DNA of 64,000 nucleotides from Planctomycetota bacterium (GCA_965228735.1 OZ245838.1:4224001-4288000), one strand, 5' to 3'. Shown: positions 1 through 10,733, counted from the stretch's first letter. Translations and numbers: made by a program. The notes: generated by a model from the letters alone, not told the origin.

Positions 1-2
1 GA

Positions 3-1946
3 GCCGAGACCGACCTGAGACCCGTAGCCCCGAGAATCGAGGGGCATACGGTGTTCTATGATCGGCCCGGCTTGCGCGAACGCTACGAAGTGCGCGAAGA
101 AGGCGTGGCGCAGAGTTTCGTCATCGATCAGCCACCGCCCGGCACCGGCGATCTCGTCGTGCGCGGCCGGTTGCTGACCGATCTGGTAGGCGACCACCGC
201 GACACGCCCGTGGAACAGCTCACGTTCTCATCGGCTGGCGGCGTCGGGATTCACTTCGGGGCAGTCACGGGCATTGACGCGTCCGGCGGGCGGACTGCGG
301 GCACAATGCGATGGACCGACGACGAACTCGAACTGATCCTGCCCGCCGACTTCGTCGATCGCGCGACGTGGCCGGTGATCGTCGACCCGTTGATCGGTTC
401 ACGATTGACGCCTTCGGCGACCAACGCCGAACTGCCGGACGTCGCGTTCGACCGTACGACTCAGACGTTCGTGATCGTCTGGCGCCAGAACACGGCGGCC
501 GCCGGACAATGGCGGCCGTACTACCGCATCGTCGACCGGAGCGGCACGCCCGTGACCAATGCGCTGCCCCTGATGCCGCCGCCCCAACTCGTGACCTACA
601 CCGGCGGCACCCGGATCCGCGTAGCCAACATCAACTCGCGCAACACGTTCGTGGCGACATGGGACAGTGGTTCCGGCACCTCCCGGGCGATTCACTGCGC
701 TTCCATCAGCGCGATCAACGGCGCCCCCTCGATCGCGGTCGTCGTCGTCAGCGGCAGCGATCACATGTTGCCGGACATCGGCGGAGAAGACACCCTGGCG
801 GATGACGAAGCCGTGTTGGTCTGGCTCCATGCTTCGCTCGGACTCATTCGCGCCAAGCAGGTCAACATCCCATCAACCACCCCGCCCGCCACCCCCGCAC
901 CGTTCTCGGGCACGATCTCGATCGGGGGCTCCGGGGCATCGGTCAGTGCGGGACCGGTGATCTCCCGGACCGGTGGCACCCTTGGACGATTTCTCGTCTC
1001 CTGGGGTGAGCGCTCCGGACCACTGAATTCCTTCGGCAACCTGCGCGGCATCATCATCACCAGAAACATCGCGACGGTGAACTCGCCGTTCGTGATCGTG
1101 CCAACCGCCCTCTCCGCTCCACGCAATGTCGCGCTCGACGGCGACGGGGAGAGTTGGGTCGTGGCATACGATCAACGCAACGCCGCGGGTGACACCGACG
1201 TCATCTGTCGCCGGGTCTATCGCTACCAGAACCAGAACGGCGTGACCGTCGAACCCGCCGTCGATGTTGCCGCGACCTCGGTAGATGAACAACGGGCCGC
1301 GGTCGCAGATCTCGGTGACTCGATTCTCATCGGCTACGAACAGCGCTCGGGCGCCGGCTACTCGACCGTCCTGGCATCCCTCGACCCGTACGACTGCACC
1401 GCGTGCGAGGGTGACTTCGCGCTCGAACAGTCCGCCCTACTGACCGCCAGCGACGTTCGGATCGCGACCACGGCCGGTGATCCGAACATCGCAGCGATAA
1501 CGACATGGGAAGCAACGTTCGGCGCTCCACTGAGTATCCGCGCCCACCTGTTCAGCCCTCGCGACGGCACCGCGGACGATCTGGGCGGCGGCTGCGCGCT
1601 GGGCGGCAGCGCGGGATCGACGTGCTCGGTGGCCGGCAACCCCGGCTACAAACTGCGACTGGCAGGCGCTACGCCCGCGGCCCCAACGTTCCTCGTCATC
1701 GGCCTTGCGAGCGCACCGCAAACCTGCGGCCTGTGCACGCTCGTCCCGGACCCGGCGTCGGGCGCGACGCTCTTTCTCGGTGCGACGGACCAGAGCGGTG
1801 CGGCGTCGTACGCGATGTCCATCCCACCGGGGCCGACGTTCGTCGGCATGAAGCTATATCAGCAGTGGCTCACGCTCACGACCCAACCGGGCTGCGCGCT
1901 CTACGGCCTCGACCTGTCCAACGCCGTCAGCGCGACGATCCAGTGA
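3..1946 (+). CDS. Large secreted/surface protein with planctomycete-type C-terminal domain (5' partial)
   Basis: The frame is open from base 3 with no start inside the window. N-terminal motifs (ERYEVREEGVAQSFVI, GDLVVRG, WPVIVDP) match the paralog at 31482-33821. It ends in a GC...LYQQW...LSNA-type C-terminal domain. Confidence 0.75.
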   Translation, partial: AETDLRPVAPRIEGHTVFYDRPGLRERYEVREEGVAQSFVIDQPPPGTGDLVVRGRLLTDLVGDHRDTPVEQLTFSSAGGVGIHFGAVTGIDASGGRTAGTMRWTDDELELILPADFVDRATWPVIVDPLIGSRLTPSATNAELPDVAFDRTTQTFVIVWRQNTAAAGQWRPYYRIVDRSGTPVTNALPLMPPPQLVTYTGGTRIRVANINSRNTFVATWDSGSGTSRAIHCASISAINGAPSIAVVVVSGSDHMLPDIGGEDTLADDEAVLVWLHASLGLIRAKQVNIPSTTPPATPAPFSGTISIGGSGASVSAGPVISRTGGTLGRFLVSWGERSGPLNSFGNLRGIIITRNIATVNSPFVIVPTALSAPRNVALDGDGESWVVAYDQRNAAGDTDVICRRVYRYQNQNGVTVEPAVDVAATSVDEQRAAVADLGDSILIGYEQRSGAGYSTVLASLDPYDCTACEGDFALEQSALLTASDVRIATTAGDPNIAAITTWEATFGAPLSIRAHLFSPRDGTADDLGGGCALGGSAGSTCSVAGNPGYKLRLAGATPAAPTFLVIGLASAPQTCGLCTLVPDPASGATLFLGATDQSGAASYAMSIPPGPTFVGMKLYQQWLTLTTQPGCALYGLDLSNAVSATIQ

Positions 1947-1994
1947 CGGGCCAGGCCGTTTCGCGCCGCGCCGCACCGCGGTAGCGTGGTGCGG

Positions 1995-3737
1995 ATGCTC
2001 GCCGCCGCTCGCCGGATCGCCGCCCCGCTGTTTGGGGCCCCGCTGATTGGGGCCCTGACGTTCGCCGTCGTCAGTCCGGCCCTTGTGGCCCAGGAGCCCG
2101 CCGGCGAGCCGAGCGAGGAAGAGCAGGCCGCCCAGGCCAAGGACGTCGCCGACTACCAGGCCTGGCTCGACGACTACAAGAAGGGCGCGTTCCGACTCGT
2201 CAAGAATGACAAGACCGACGACGAGGCGATCGAGAAGATCGATGCGCTCATGGGGCGCGTCGCGAAGTGGGACACGCTGGCCGCGGCGCAACTGCTGTTC
2301 GGCGCGGCCGCCGTCGCACCGAAGCCGATGGGCTCGAGCTCGTCGACGGAGCTCATCGACTTCTATCGCGAGCTGCAGCCGTGGCGGGTGCGCGGCATCG
2401 CGGCCAAGCACCTGCGGTCGATGACGGGGCCCGGCATCCTCACGTGGCTGCTGCAGAAGCTCTCTGCACCCGGCATCCGCGCTGCGAAGCAGAACCAGGA
2501 TCAGCTCGACGCCGCCGCCGTGCTGCGCGTTCTCGCCGGTCACGAGAGCGTCGAGGCCCGCGCCGAGCTCGCGCGCGCGTGCCGCGCGATGCCCACTGAG
2601 CTGCGCGTGCGCGCGGTGAACGCGATGGCGGCCGACGCGACGATCGAGCAGGTCCCGCTCCTGATCGAGCTGCTGCGCGACCGCGAGCCCAACGTCCGCA
2701 TCGCGGCGTGCAATGCGATCGGCACCGCGATGCAGCCGCACGTCGACGAGACGGTCGAACGCGAGGTCGAACCCGCTGCCGAGACCCTCGCCCGCCGCGA
2801 CGAGGCGATCGCAGCCCTCAGCAAGGTCGCCCAACGCGACAAGGTCTGGCAGGCGCGCAGCGCCGCGGCCTTCGGCCTCGCGATCATGAAGTGCAAGCCC
2901 GTGATCCCCGAGCTCATCGAAGCACTCGACGCCGAGCTGCGCCGGAAGAAGGACCCGTGGGCCATGGACGTGCGGTTGCACAAGCTGCTCGAGGGCCTCA
3001 CGGGCCAGACCGTGGTGCAGGGCTCGACGAAGCCGTGGAGGCAGTTCTGGAAGGCCGAGGAGCACAGCTTCCGCGTCGCCAAGGCGCGCACGGCCGGCGA
3101 GGAGAAGGAGAAGGACAACCGCTACGAGAAGTTCTTCGACATCGCGATCGAGTCGGACCGCGTGCTGTTCGTCATCGACTTCAGCGGCTCGATGACGGAG
3201 ACCATCACGCTCGAGGAAGGCGAGACCAGCGCGGGCACGGGCGCAACGATGACGAAGGCCGAGCTCGTCGTGCGCGAGCTCAAGAAGATGATCATGTCGT
3301 TTCCGGACGGCGCGCTCGTCAACATCATGGTCTTCAGCGACGACGTCCGCATCTGGCGCACCAAGTCCGGGCGCCCCGCGCTCGTCGAGCTCGACGACGG
3401 CGCGCGCGACGACCTGCTCGGCAGCTTCCTCGACGCGCTACGCCCTGCCGGCCCGACCAACCTGCACGACGCGCTCGCGCTCGCGCTCGACTTCGGCGGC
3501 CGCGGGCTGCACGACAAGTACTACGCGGCGGGCTTCGACACGCTCTACGTGATCAGCGACGGCGCGCCGAGCGCTGGTGCCGTAACCGACAAGGAGGAGA
3601 TCCGCCGCCTCGTGCGCGAGACCAACAACCTCCGCAAGATCACGATCAACTGCATCACGATGGGCCAGCAGAACGACACCGAGTTCTTGCGCCTGATGGC
3701 GGAGGAGAACGGCGGGCGCCACATTCACATCGAGTGA
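1995..3737 (+). CDS. HEAT-repeat and von Willebrand factor A domain protein
   Basis: Signal peptide, HEAT-like repeats (VPLLIELLRDREPNVRIAACNAIG), and a vWA MIDAS motif (VIDFSGSM...GPTN...ISDGAP). Alternative GTG start at 1986. Confidence 0.85.
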   Translation: MLAAARRIAAPLFGAPLIGALTFAVVSPALVAQEPAGEPSEEEQAAQAKDVADYQAWLDDYKKGAFRLVKNDKTDDEAIEKIDALMGRVAKWDTLAAAQLLFGAAAVAPKPMGSSSSTELIDFYRELQPWRVRGIAAKHLRSMTGPGILTWLLQKLSAPGIRAAKQNQDQLDAAAVLRVLAGHESVEARAELARACRAMPTELRVRAVNAMAADATIEQVPLLIELLRDREPNVRIAACNAIGTAMQPHVDETVEREVEPAAETLARRDEAIAALSKVAQRDKVWQARSAAAFGLAIMKCKPVIPELIEALDAELRRKKDPWAMDVRLHKLLEGLTGQTVVQGSTKPWRQFWKAEEHSFRVAKARTAGEEKEKDNRYEKFFDIAIESDRVLFVIDFSGSMTETITLEEGETSAGTGATMTKAELVVRELKKMIMSFPDGALVNIMVFSDDVRIWRTKSGRPALVELDDGARDDLLGSFLDALRPAGPTNLHDALALALDFGGRGLHDKYYAAGFDTLYVISDGAPSAGAVTDKEEIRRLVRETNNLRKITINCITMGQQNDTEFLRLMAEENGGRHIHIE

Positions 3738-3770
3738 CGGTCCGGCGACAGCACCGGGCCGCAGGCGGCC

Positions 3771-4019
3771 TCATTGCTCGAGCTTGGCCAGGAAGCGATC
3801 CTGGTCTTCCTCGAACTCCTTCACACACGGCCGACAACAGAACTTGATCTCCCGGTTGCCGTAGACCTTGACGACGGGGTCTCCCATCGAGCCGAGCTTG
3901 TTGTCCGTGACGATGCAGACGTCGCTCGGGTACGGGATGACATCGGCACTCGGCCCGGATGCACAGGCGGCCAACAGCGACAGGACGAGCAGCGGCGGAC
4001 GAAGTTGGATGCGTTTCAT
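3771..4019 (-). CDS. Small YHS/TRASH-like metal-binding lipoprotein
   Basis: Lipobox LAAC and a CIVT...KFCCRPC motif; directly downstream of the copper oxidase. ATG at 4019 chosen because it gives an intact signal peptide. Confidence 0.7.
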   Translation of the reverse strand: MKRIQLRPPLLVLSLLAACASGPSADVIPYPSDVCIVTDNKLGSMGDPVVKVYGNREIKFCCRPCVKEFEEDQDRFLAKLEQ

Positions 4020-4048
4020 GTCGGATCGTGGTTCGAGGTAGTCCGGCA

Positions 4049-6187
4049 TCAGAAGGTGAACACCATGCCGATGCCATAACCATGGTCGTTGTGATACGAC
4101 GTCGACAGGCCGAAGTTCTGGCTGATCGTATAGTCGAACCCAAAGATCCACTCGAACTGCGTGTTGGTGTCGTACTCGACCGATGCTCCAACGCTCAGTC
4201 GATCCGTGAGTTGCAGCTCCTTGTCGAACGTCAGCCGGAAATCGCCGCGGCTGTCGACGCTGAGGTTGGACATCACGAGGTACGGCAGGCGGTACCGGAC
4301 GCCGGCAAACGCCCGACTCGTCGCGCCATCACCTTCGGCGTAGCGCCACCCGAGCTCGGTCGCGAAGTTCTGGTCGACGTAGCGTGACCAACCGACGTCG
4401 ACCTCGACGTTGTCTTCGTGGTCGCTCCCGTGCCCACCGCTGCCGTCGTCGTCGAAGGTCCACGGAAGACCGACATCCCACCGCGTGAACAGGTCATTCC
4501 GGCCCTTCATCAACATCGCGCGACCCATCGTCATGTGGTTCTGCACCGTCGCGTCGAAGAACAGGTAGGCCGGTTCGAGCAACTTGGGATCGATCGTCAC
4601 CTCGTAATCCTGGTCCTGCTCGTAACTGAAGACCCGCGCCATACCCGCATCCATGTGATAGAGCAGGTGACAGTGGAAGAACCAGTCCCCGCCCTCCTCG
4701 TCGGCGACCCACTCGATCGTACGCTTGCCCATCGGCGGCACGTCCACCGTGTGCTTGAGCGGAGCGCGCGCGCCCTCTCCGTTCAGCACCCGGAAGAAGT
4801 GCCCGTGCAGGTGTAGCGGATGGTGCATCATCGTGTCGTTGATGAGCTGAATTCGCAGCACCTCGCCGCGCCTGACACGAATCGTCGTGTTCTCGGCGAG
4901 CGTCTCGCCATCGAAGCCCCAGAGGTAGCGACGCATGTCGCCGGTGAGCCGCATCGTGAGCTCGCGAACCGGCTGGTCCGGGGCCGCGATCGTGGTGTCC
5001 CGAACGGCGCGCAGCAAGCCGTACGGCGCAACCGGGCGCTCCGCCGTCGCGGCCTCACGCGCACGCTTCGGCATCTGGCTGGCGAGGCCCGCCGCAAGCA
5101 TCTCGTCCATCACGTAGAGGTTGGCCCGCGGCGGATCCGTCGCCGCCAGCAGCGGCCCCTCGCCGAGCACCATCGACGCGTGTCCGCTGCCGTCCTGCGC
5201 CGTCGCCCGAACCTCGAGGGAGGCCGGCTCTGCGGGCATCGTGATGATCAAGTCGTACGTTTCGGCCATCCCGATCAGAAGCCGCCGGACCTCGACCGGC
5301 TCCACCCGATTGCCGTCACTGCCGACGATCGTCAGGTCGCCGTTGCCGGCCCCGAGGTAGAAGTAGGTAGATGCTCCGGCGTTGACCAATCGCAGCAACA
5401 CCCGCTCCCCTGGCCTGGCGTCGAGTTCGAGCCGGCGCTTGCCGTTGGCCAGGAACGCGTCGTAGCCGACGTCCGACAGGTCCATCGCGGGCATGCGATC
5501 GCCCTCGCGCGCAAAGTAGTCGGACACCGCGCCGCGACGCCAGGCACCGAGCAGCGACTGCTGCGTGCCCTTCTTGACCGAGTACCACTCGCTGCCACGC
5601 ATCAGCCACCGCATCACCGTCGTCGGGTCGTCGTTCGTCCAATCCGCGAGGACGACCACATGCTCCCGATCGAACGTGACATCGGGCTCCTTAGGCTCGA
5701 TGACGATGGCCCCCTGAACGCCGAGCTGTTCCTGCAGGCCGGTGTGCGAGTGATACCAATACGTCCCGGACTGCCGCAGCTGGAACTCGAACGTGTGCTC
5801 GCCGCCGGCTGGAATCGGCGGCGTCGTCAGGTACGGCACCCCGTCCATCTCGTTGGGGACGAGCAGACCGTGCCAGTGAATCGAGGTCTCCTCGGCCGGC
5901 AGCCGGTTCTTGACGGTGATACGAGCCAGATCGCCTTCGCGGAATCGCAGGACCGGCCCCGGAGATGTCCCGTTGACGGTCAAAACGGTCGCGGGCTCAC
6001 CCGCGGGCGCGCCAGCCGTTTCGCCGATGACCAGTTCGTATGCCACGACGCCGCCGCCACGCACATCGTCCGGTACCGAGCCCTGCGCCCGAACCGTGGC
6101 GGCGATCAGCCCGTACGGCGCAACCACCAGCGCCAGCCCAAGCCAACCGTGAACACCGACCTTCCGTTTTTCTGGGCGAGAGTGCAA
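4049..6187 (-). CDS. copA: CopA-family multicopper oxidase with C-terminal CopB-like beta-barrel extension
   Basis: Copper-binding motifs HWHG, WYHSH, HPLHLHGH and HCHLLYHM. The last ~180 aa are beta-strand rich and end in F. The TTG start is uncertain. Confidence 0.85.
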   Translation of the reverse strand: MHSRPEKRKVGVHGWLGLALVVAPYGLIAATVRAQGSVPDDVRGGGVVAYELVIGETAGAPAGEPATVLTVNGTSPGPVLRFREGDLARITVKNRLPAEETSIHWHGLLVPNEMDGVPYLTTPPIPAGGEHTFEFQLRQSGTYWYHSHTGLQEQLGVQGAIVIEPKEPDVTFDREHVVVLADWTNDDPTTVMRWLMRGSEWYSVKKGTQQSLLGAWRRGAVSDYFAREGDRMPAMDLSDVGYDAFLANGKRRLELDARPGERVLLRLVNAGASTYFYLGAGNGDLTIVGSDGNRVEPVEVRRLLIGMAETYDLIITMPAEPASLEVRATAQDGSGHASMVLGEGPLLAATDPPRANLYVMDEMLAAGLASQMPKRAREAATAERPVAPYGLLRAVRDTTIAAPDQPVRELTMRLTGDMRRYLWGFDGETLAENTTIRVRRGEVLRIQLINDTMMHHPLHLHGHFFRVLNGEGARAPLKHTVDVPPMGKRTIEWVADEEGGDWFFHCHLLYHMDAGMARVFSYEQDQDYEVTIDPKLLEPAYLFFDATVQNHMTMGRAMLMKGRNDLFTRWDVGLPWTFDDDGSGGHGSDHEDNVEVDVGWSRYVDQNFATELGWRYAEGDGATSRAFAGVRYRLPYLVMSNLSVDSRGDFRLTFDKELQLTDRLSVGASVEYDTNTQFEWIFGFDYTISQNFGLSTSYHNDHGYGIGMVFTF

Positions 6188-7471
6188 CTAGGTACCGACT
6201 TCGACCTCGTCCCGTTCCGCGGGCTCACCCGCCGGTCGCCACTCGCGCCCGGTGATCAACCGCGCGCCGCGGGAGAACGCGAAGTACTGGAACGCCCAGC
6301 CGAGCATCACGCTGATGCGGTTGCGGAACCCGACGAGGTAGGCGATGTGGATCACCCACCAGAACCACCACGCGAAGAACCCACTCAGCTCGAGCTTGCC
6401 GACCTGACCGATCGCACGCCCGCGGCCGATCGTCGCGAGCGAGCCCTTGTCGAAGTAGCGGAACGGCTCGGTCGTTCGCCCGGCGATGCGAAGTTCGATG
6501 TTGCGCGCGGCTGCCCGGCCCGCCTGGATGGCTGCGGGCGCGACGCCCGGCACGACGTCGCCGTCCTGTTCGAGGTGCATGAGATCGCCGGCAACGAACA
6601 CCTCGGGGCGGTCCGGCACACTGAGATCGTCTTGCACGCGAACGCGCCCCGCCCGATCCAAGGGCACCCCGAGCATCTCACCGAGCGGTGACGCCTGCAC
6701 TCCGGCCGCCCACAAGACCGTGCGCGCCGGGATCTGCTCGTTGCCGATCTGCACCCCGCCGCCGTCGATCGCCGTCACCTGCTCACCGAGCCGCACCTCG
6801 ACACCGAGCTCCTCGAGCTGGGTCTTCGCGGCCGCCGACAGCTTCTCCGTGTAGACCGGCAGCACGCGATCCGAGCCCTCGGCGAGGACGACGCGCAGCT
6901 TGCGCGGGTCGAACGTGCGGAAGTCGCGCGCGACCGTCAGTCGGCCGATCTCGGACAACGCACCCGCGAGTTCGACACCCGTGGGCCCGGCGCCGACGAC
7001 GACGAATGTCAGTTGGGCGCGCAGCTGTACCGGGTCGGTTTCGCGCTCCGCCGCCTCGAACGCCAGCAAGACGCGCCGGCGAATCTCGAGCGCATCCTCG
7101 ACGGTCTTGAGTCCGGGCGCCCAGCGCTCCCAGTCGTCGTGACCGAAGTAGCTGTGGCCCGCGCCGGCCGCGACGAGCAGGTAGTCGTAGTCCACCGCGC
7201 CGTCACGCAGCTGCACGCGACGCTCCGTCGTATCGATGCCGACGACCTCACCGAGCAGGGTGCGCGCGTTCTTCTGCTTTCGCAGCACCGACCGGATCGG
7301 ATACGCGATGTCCCCGGGGTTGAGCGCTGCCGTCGCGACCTGATACAAGAGCGGCTGGAACAGGTGGTGGTTACGCCGGTCGATCATCGTGATCTCGACC
7401 TCTGCACGAGCCAGCGCGCGAGCGGCCGAGAGACCCGCGAACCCGCCACCGATGATCACGACGCGCTGCAC
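6188..7471 (-). CDS. ndh: Type II NADH:quinone oxidoreductase
   Basis: IIGGGFAG, HLFQPLLYQVAT, VVGAGPTGVELAG and DKGSLATIGR motifs. Start is GTG at 7471 or 7480; the longer ORF extension overlaps hpnE. Confidence 0.9.
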   Translation of the reverse strand: MQRVVIIGGGFAGLSAARALARAEVEITMIDRRNHHLFQPLLYQVATAALNPGDIAYPIRSVLRKQKNARTLLGEVVGIDTTERRVQLRDGAVDYDYLLVAAGAGHSYFGHDDWERWAPGLKTVEDALEIRRRVLLAFEAAERETDPVQLRAQLTFVVVGAGPTGVELAGALSEIGRLTVARDFRTFDPRKLRVVLAEGSDRVLPVYTEKLSAAAKTQLEELGVEVRLGEQVTAIDGGGVQIGNEQIPARTVLWAAGVQASPLGEMLGVPLDRAGRVRVQDDLSVPDRPEVFVAGDLMHLEQDGDVVPGVAPAAIQAGRAAARNIELRIAGRTTEPFRYFDKGSLATIGRGRAIGQVGKLELSGFFAWWFWWVIHIAYLVGFRNRISVMLGWAFQYFAFSRGARLITGREWRPAGEPAERDEVEVGT

Positions 7472-7481
7472 AGCGCCCACC

Positions 7482-8792
7482 TTAGGACGCGGAATCGACC
7501 GACCCCAGCGCCGTCTCCGCGGATCGTGCCGCGCCTTCGAGCGTCGCCGGCAAACCGGTCGCGGTCCAGTCGCCACAGACCAGGAGATTGGCCGGGCCAC
7601 CCGGCAGACGCCCCGGTCGCGGCCGGACCTCGTCGGCATTCGGTCCGGCGACGAAGGTCGCGGCGTTCTCGCGGCTGATGCGGACTTCGGCCGCCGCGTC
7701 CTTGTCGAACGCGGGATAGTGCCGCTGCAGCTGCGCACGTGCGAGCGCCGCGATCGCGTCGACCTTCATGCCGTCGAAGCTGCGGTCGCCGCCCGACAAC
7801 ATCGCGAACTCGGCCGGGTCCGCGCCCGGCGTCCGCAGCACGAAGTGGAACGGGCCGTCGCCGGTCAGCGCGACGACGAGGCCGTCGTCCGGCAGGGTCA
7901 CGTCGCCCGTCAGACGAACGTGCGCCGTCACGATCGGCGAACCGGACAGCCGCTGTGCCGGGAGTTCGGGCACGAGAGGACCGAGCTTGTGCCACGGCAT
8001 GGCCGCGACGACGAGGTCGGCCTCGCCGAGCTCCAGCCCTTCGCCGCTACCGAACGTGATCCGCGCGAGACGATCGGCCTCGCGCAGGAGCCCGATCACC
8101 CGCGCGCCGGTTCGCACGGTCACGCCGGCCCGTTCGAGTGCTGTGGGCGCGGGGTCGGAGAGGATCGCGCTCCACGGCGCCTTCGGCACCCACAGCGCGG
8201 CGTTGCCCGCGCTGCCCGAGAACGCTTCACGCAGCGTCGCGAGAAAGTCGCGCGCCGACGCGAGGTCCATCTCGACGTTCATGATCGCGCGGCACAGCGG
8301 TTCCCACAGCACGCGCGCCGGATCGCCGCGCTGACCGCGCCGCCGGATCCAGTCCGCGACCGTCCAGGACCGTGGCGCTCCGAACAGCGAGGTCGTCATC
8401 CCGAACAACGCGCGCAGCTTGGCGCCGAACGGCAGCCCGAGCCGCAGGAGCGCCCACGGCATCGCGAGCGGCACGAACAACCGCGGCAGCTCGAGCCGGA
8501 GCAACTCACCGCCGACGCGGCGGTAGGCCATCGTCAGGCGCCTGCCCTGATCGAACAGGTCCTCGGTTCCGAGCCGCCGCACGAGCGCACGCGTCGCGCG
8601 GTAACACCCGAGCATCACGTGCGGGCCGTTGTCGAGTCGCCGACCGCTGTGACGATCCACGAACGAGAACGCGCGCCCGCCGAGCCATTGCCGCGACTCG
8701 AGCAAGGTGACCCGAAAGCCGCGGTCCGCGAGGCCGAACGCCGCCGTCATGCCCGCGACCCCGCCGCCGAGCACGAACGCCCGCCGCGTCAC
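7482..8792 (-). CDS. hpnE: Hydroxysqualene dehydroxylase HpnE
   Basis: GGGVAG Rossmann motif, LGGRAFSF, LDNGPH, and GDWTATGLPATLEGAARS. GTGA overlap with the hpnD stop; follows hpnC-hpnD. Confidence 0.85.
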   Translation of the reverse strand: MTRRAFVLGGGVAGMTAAFGLADRGFRVTLLESRQWLGGRAFSFVDRHSGRRLDNGPHVMLGCYRATRALVRRLGTEDLFDQGRRLTMAYRRVGGELLRLELPRLFVPLAMPWALLRLGLPFGAKLRALFGMTTSLFGAPRSWTVADWIRRRGQRGDPARVLWEPLCRAIMNVEMDLASARDFLATLREAFSGSAGNAALWVPKAPWSAILSDPAPTALERAGVTVRTGARVIGLLREADRLARITFGSGEGLELGEADLVVAAMPWHKLGPLVPELPAQRLSGSPIVTAHVRLTGDVTLPDDGLVVALTGDGPFHFVLRTPGADPAEFAMLSGGDRSFDGMKVDAIAALARAQLQRHYPAFDKDAAAEVRISRENAATFVAGPNADEVRPRPGRLPGGPANLLVCGDWTATGLPATLEGAARSAETALGSVDSAS

Positions 8793-9679
8793 GCAGTCGC
8801 CCCCAGGAAGATGCGCAACGCACACCACAGTTTGACGATCTTCGGCACCCGCGTGCGCGGCTCGACGAGCGCGCCGCCCTGACGTTCGAGGCGATCGAGC
8901 AGGCTGCGATAGACCGCGCCCATGATGCGTGCCGGCACGAGCGCGCGCCGGCCACTGCGCGGCAACTGGAGCAACGCCGCTCGCGATTCGAGGAAATCGC
9001 TGCGCGCCGCCCGCGCGAGCCGCGCCCGCAGCTCGGCGACCGGGCCGCCGTCGCGATAGACCTCCGCCGGTCCCTCGCCACGCAACCACTCGACCTCGAC
9101 ACCGGCGTCGCGCAACCAGGTGCGCGGCGCGTAGACCCGCCCTTCGAGCGCATCGCCGCGCAGGTCACGCAGGATGTTGGTGAACTGCAGCGCCTGCCCG
9201 AGCGCGTTCGCGAACGACACGGCGGCGGCGCCGGTCGCACCGAGCACGGGCAGGCAGGCGCGCCCGACCGCCGACGCCACGCAATCGCAGTAGTGCCGCA
9301 GTTCGGCTTCGTCCTCGCAGCCTTGCGGCTCGAGGTCCATCGCGACGCCATCGAGCAACGCATCCAGCGCCGCGACGTCGGTACCGAAGCGCGCGATCGT
9401 CGCGCCGAGCGTCTGTCCGACCGGTGTCCTGGCGGTGCCAGCCGCCGCCGCATGCAGCTCTTCACGCCAGAAGGCGATGTGCTGCCGTCCCGTCTCGGCG
9501 TCGGGCGTGTCGTCCGCGGCGTCGTCCGCGACGCGGCAGAACGCGTAGATCGCCGTCATGCCCTCGCGTCGCGCGGCGTCGAGACAGACGAACGCCGTGC
9601 GGAAGTTGGACCCCGACCGCGCGAGCACTTCGTCGGCCGGGAGCGCGGCACCCGGCGGCATCGTCACGACCTCCGTCAT
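8789..9679 (-). CDS. hpnD: Presqualene diphosphate synthase HpnD (squalene/phytoene synthase family)
   Basis: SGSNF, IYAFCRVADDAAD, YCDCVASAVG and LQFTNILRDL motifs. Confidence 0.85.
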   Translation of the reverse strand: MTEVVTMPPGAALPADEVLARSGSNFRTAFVCLDAARREGMTAIYAFCRVADDAADDTPDAETGRQHIAFWREELHAAAAGTARTPVGQTLGATIARFGTDVAALDALLDGVAMDLEPQGCEDEAELRHYCDCVASAVGRACLPVLGATGAAAVSFANALGQALQFTNILRDLRGDALEGRVYAPRTWLRDAGVEVEWLRGEGPAEVYRDGGPVAELRARLARAARSDFLESRAALLQLPRSGRRALVPARIMGAVYRSLLDRLERQGGALVEPRTRVPKIVKLWCALRIFLGATA

Positions 9680-10611
9680 CGGGCGTCGTTCCTCCGGCCG
9701 AACTCCGGAGCCCGTGCTGACAGCAACCCTCGCAGCACTGAGCCGAGCCGCTCGCGTTTCGACAGCCGAACGCGCCCACCGAGGACGTCACCGTCGACCG
9801 CACGGATGCGCCCGAGCACGGCCGACGCACCCGCGAGGATCGCGCGCAGCTCGAAGCGCAACCGGCCGCGCACCTGCCGGACGAGCGGCCAACCCGCCGC
9901 GAACATCGCGCCGATCGCATCCGCCTGCGCGTGCACGAACGCCCGCAACTCCGGCCCCGCCGCGGCGGCCCGGAGGTCGTCGATCGACGCACCGTGCGCC
10001 GCGAACTCCGTGAGCGGGAAGTAGACGCGGTCGCGATCGCGCAGGTCCTCGCCGAGGTCCTGCAGATGATTGAGCAGCTGCAGCCCCGTACAGATGCGAT
10101 CCGACAACGCGTCGAGCTCGGCATCGCGATGGCCGCAGACGCGCAGCACGAGTCGGCCGACCGGATCGGCGCTGCGGCGGCAGTAGTCCGCAAGGGCGGC
10201 TCGATCGTCGTAGCGGCTCACCGTGAGATCCTGCTCGAACGCGTCGAGCAGGTCGGTGAACAGCCCGCGCTCGAGCTCACACTCCCGAATCGTCGCGGCG
10301 AGATCGGCGAACAAGGGCGCCGCGGCATCAGGGTCGGCGAGCGCCGCCAGGAAATCGCGCCGGAACGCCGCGAGCGCCGCCGCGTCCTGATGCTCGTCCG
10401 CGAGGTCGTCGGCCGTGCGCGCGAACGCGTAGATCCGGTGCAGGTGCCGCCGCGCCCGCCGCGGCAACAACCAGCTGCCGACGGGGAAGTTCTCGTAGTG
10501 CTCGCCCGCGAGCCGCAGGTGCAGGTCCGCCCCGCTGCCGGAGCTCGGCGACGTTGTGGCCCCGGAACCGGGTTGCGAGGAGCTGCGTTCTGGAATGGCG
10601 GACGACGACAT
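9676..10611 (-). CDS. hpnC: Hydroxysqualene synthase HpnC
   Basis: HYENFPVGS, IYAFARTADDLADE, YCRRSADPVGRL and LQLLNHLQD motifs. Start is 10611 or 10668. Confidence 0.88.
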   Translation of the reverse strand: MSSSAIPERSSSQPGSGATTSPSSGSGADLHLRLAGEHYENFPVGSWLLPRRARRHLHRIYAFARTADDLADEHQDAAALAAFRRDFLAALADPDAAAPLFADLAATIRECELERGLFTDLLDAFEQDLTVSRYDDRAALADYCRRSADPVGRLVLRVCGHRDAELDALSDRICTGLQLLNHLQDLGEDLRDRDRVYFPLTEFAAHGASIDDLRAAAAGPELRAFVHAQADAIGAMFAAGWPLVRQVRGRLRFELRAILAGASAVLGRIRAVDGDVLGGRVRLSKRERLGSVLRGLLSARAPEFGRRNDAR

Positions 10612-10733
10612 GCGGGTGGCTGACCCGTGAGGGTAACGCCCACGCCACGGGATTTCGGTGCCGCTCACGCACGAACTGATCGCGACTGCCCGCCGACCGC
10701 CCTCGTGATACTCTTCGAGGTCCCTTCCTGCCC

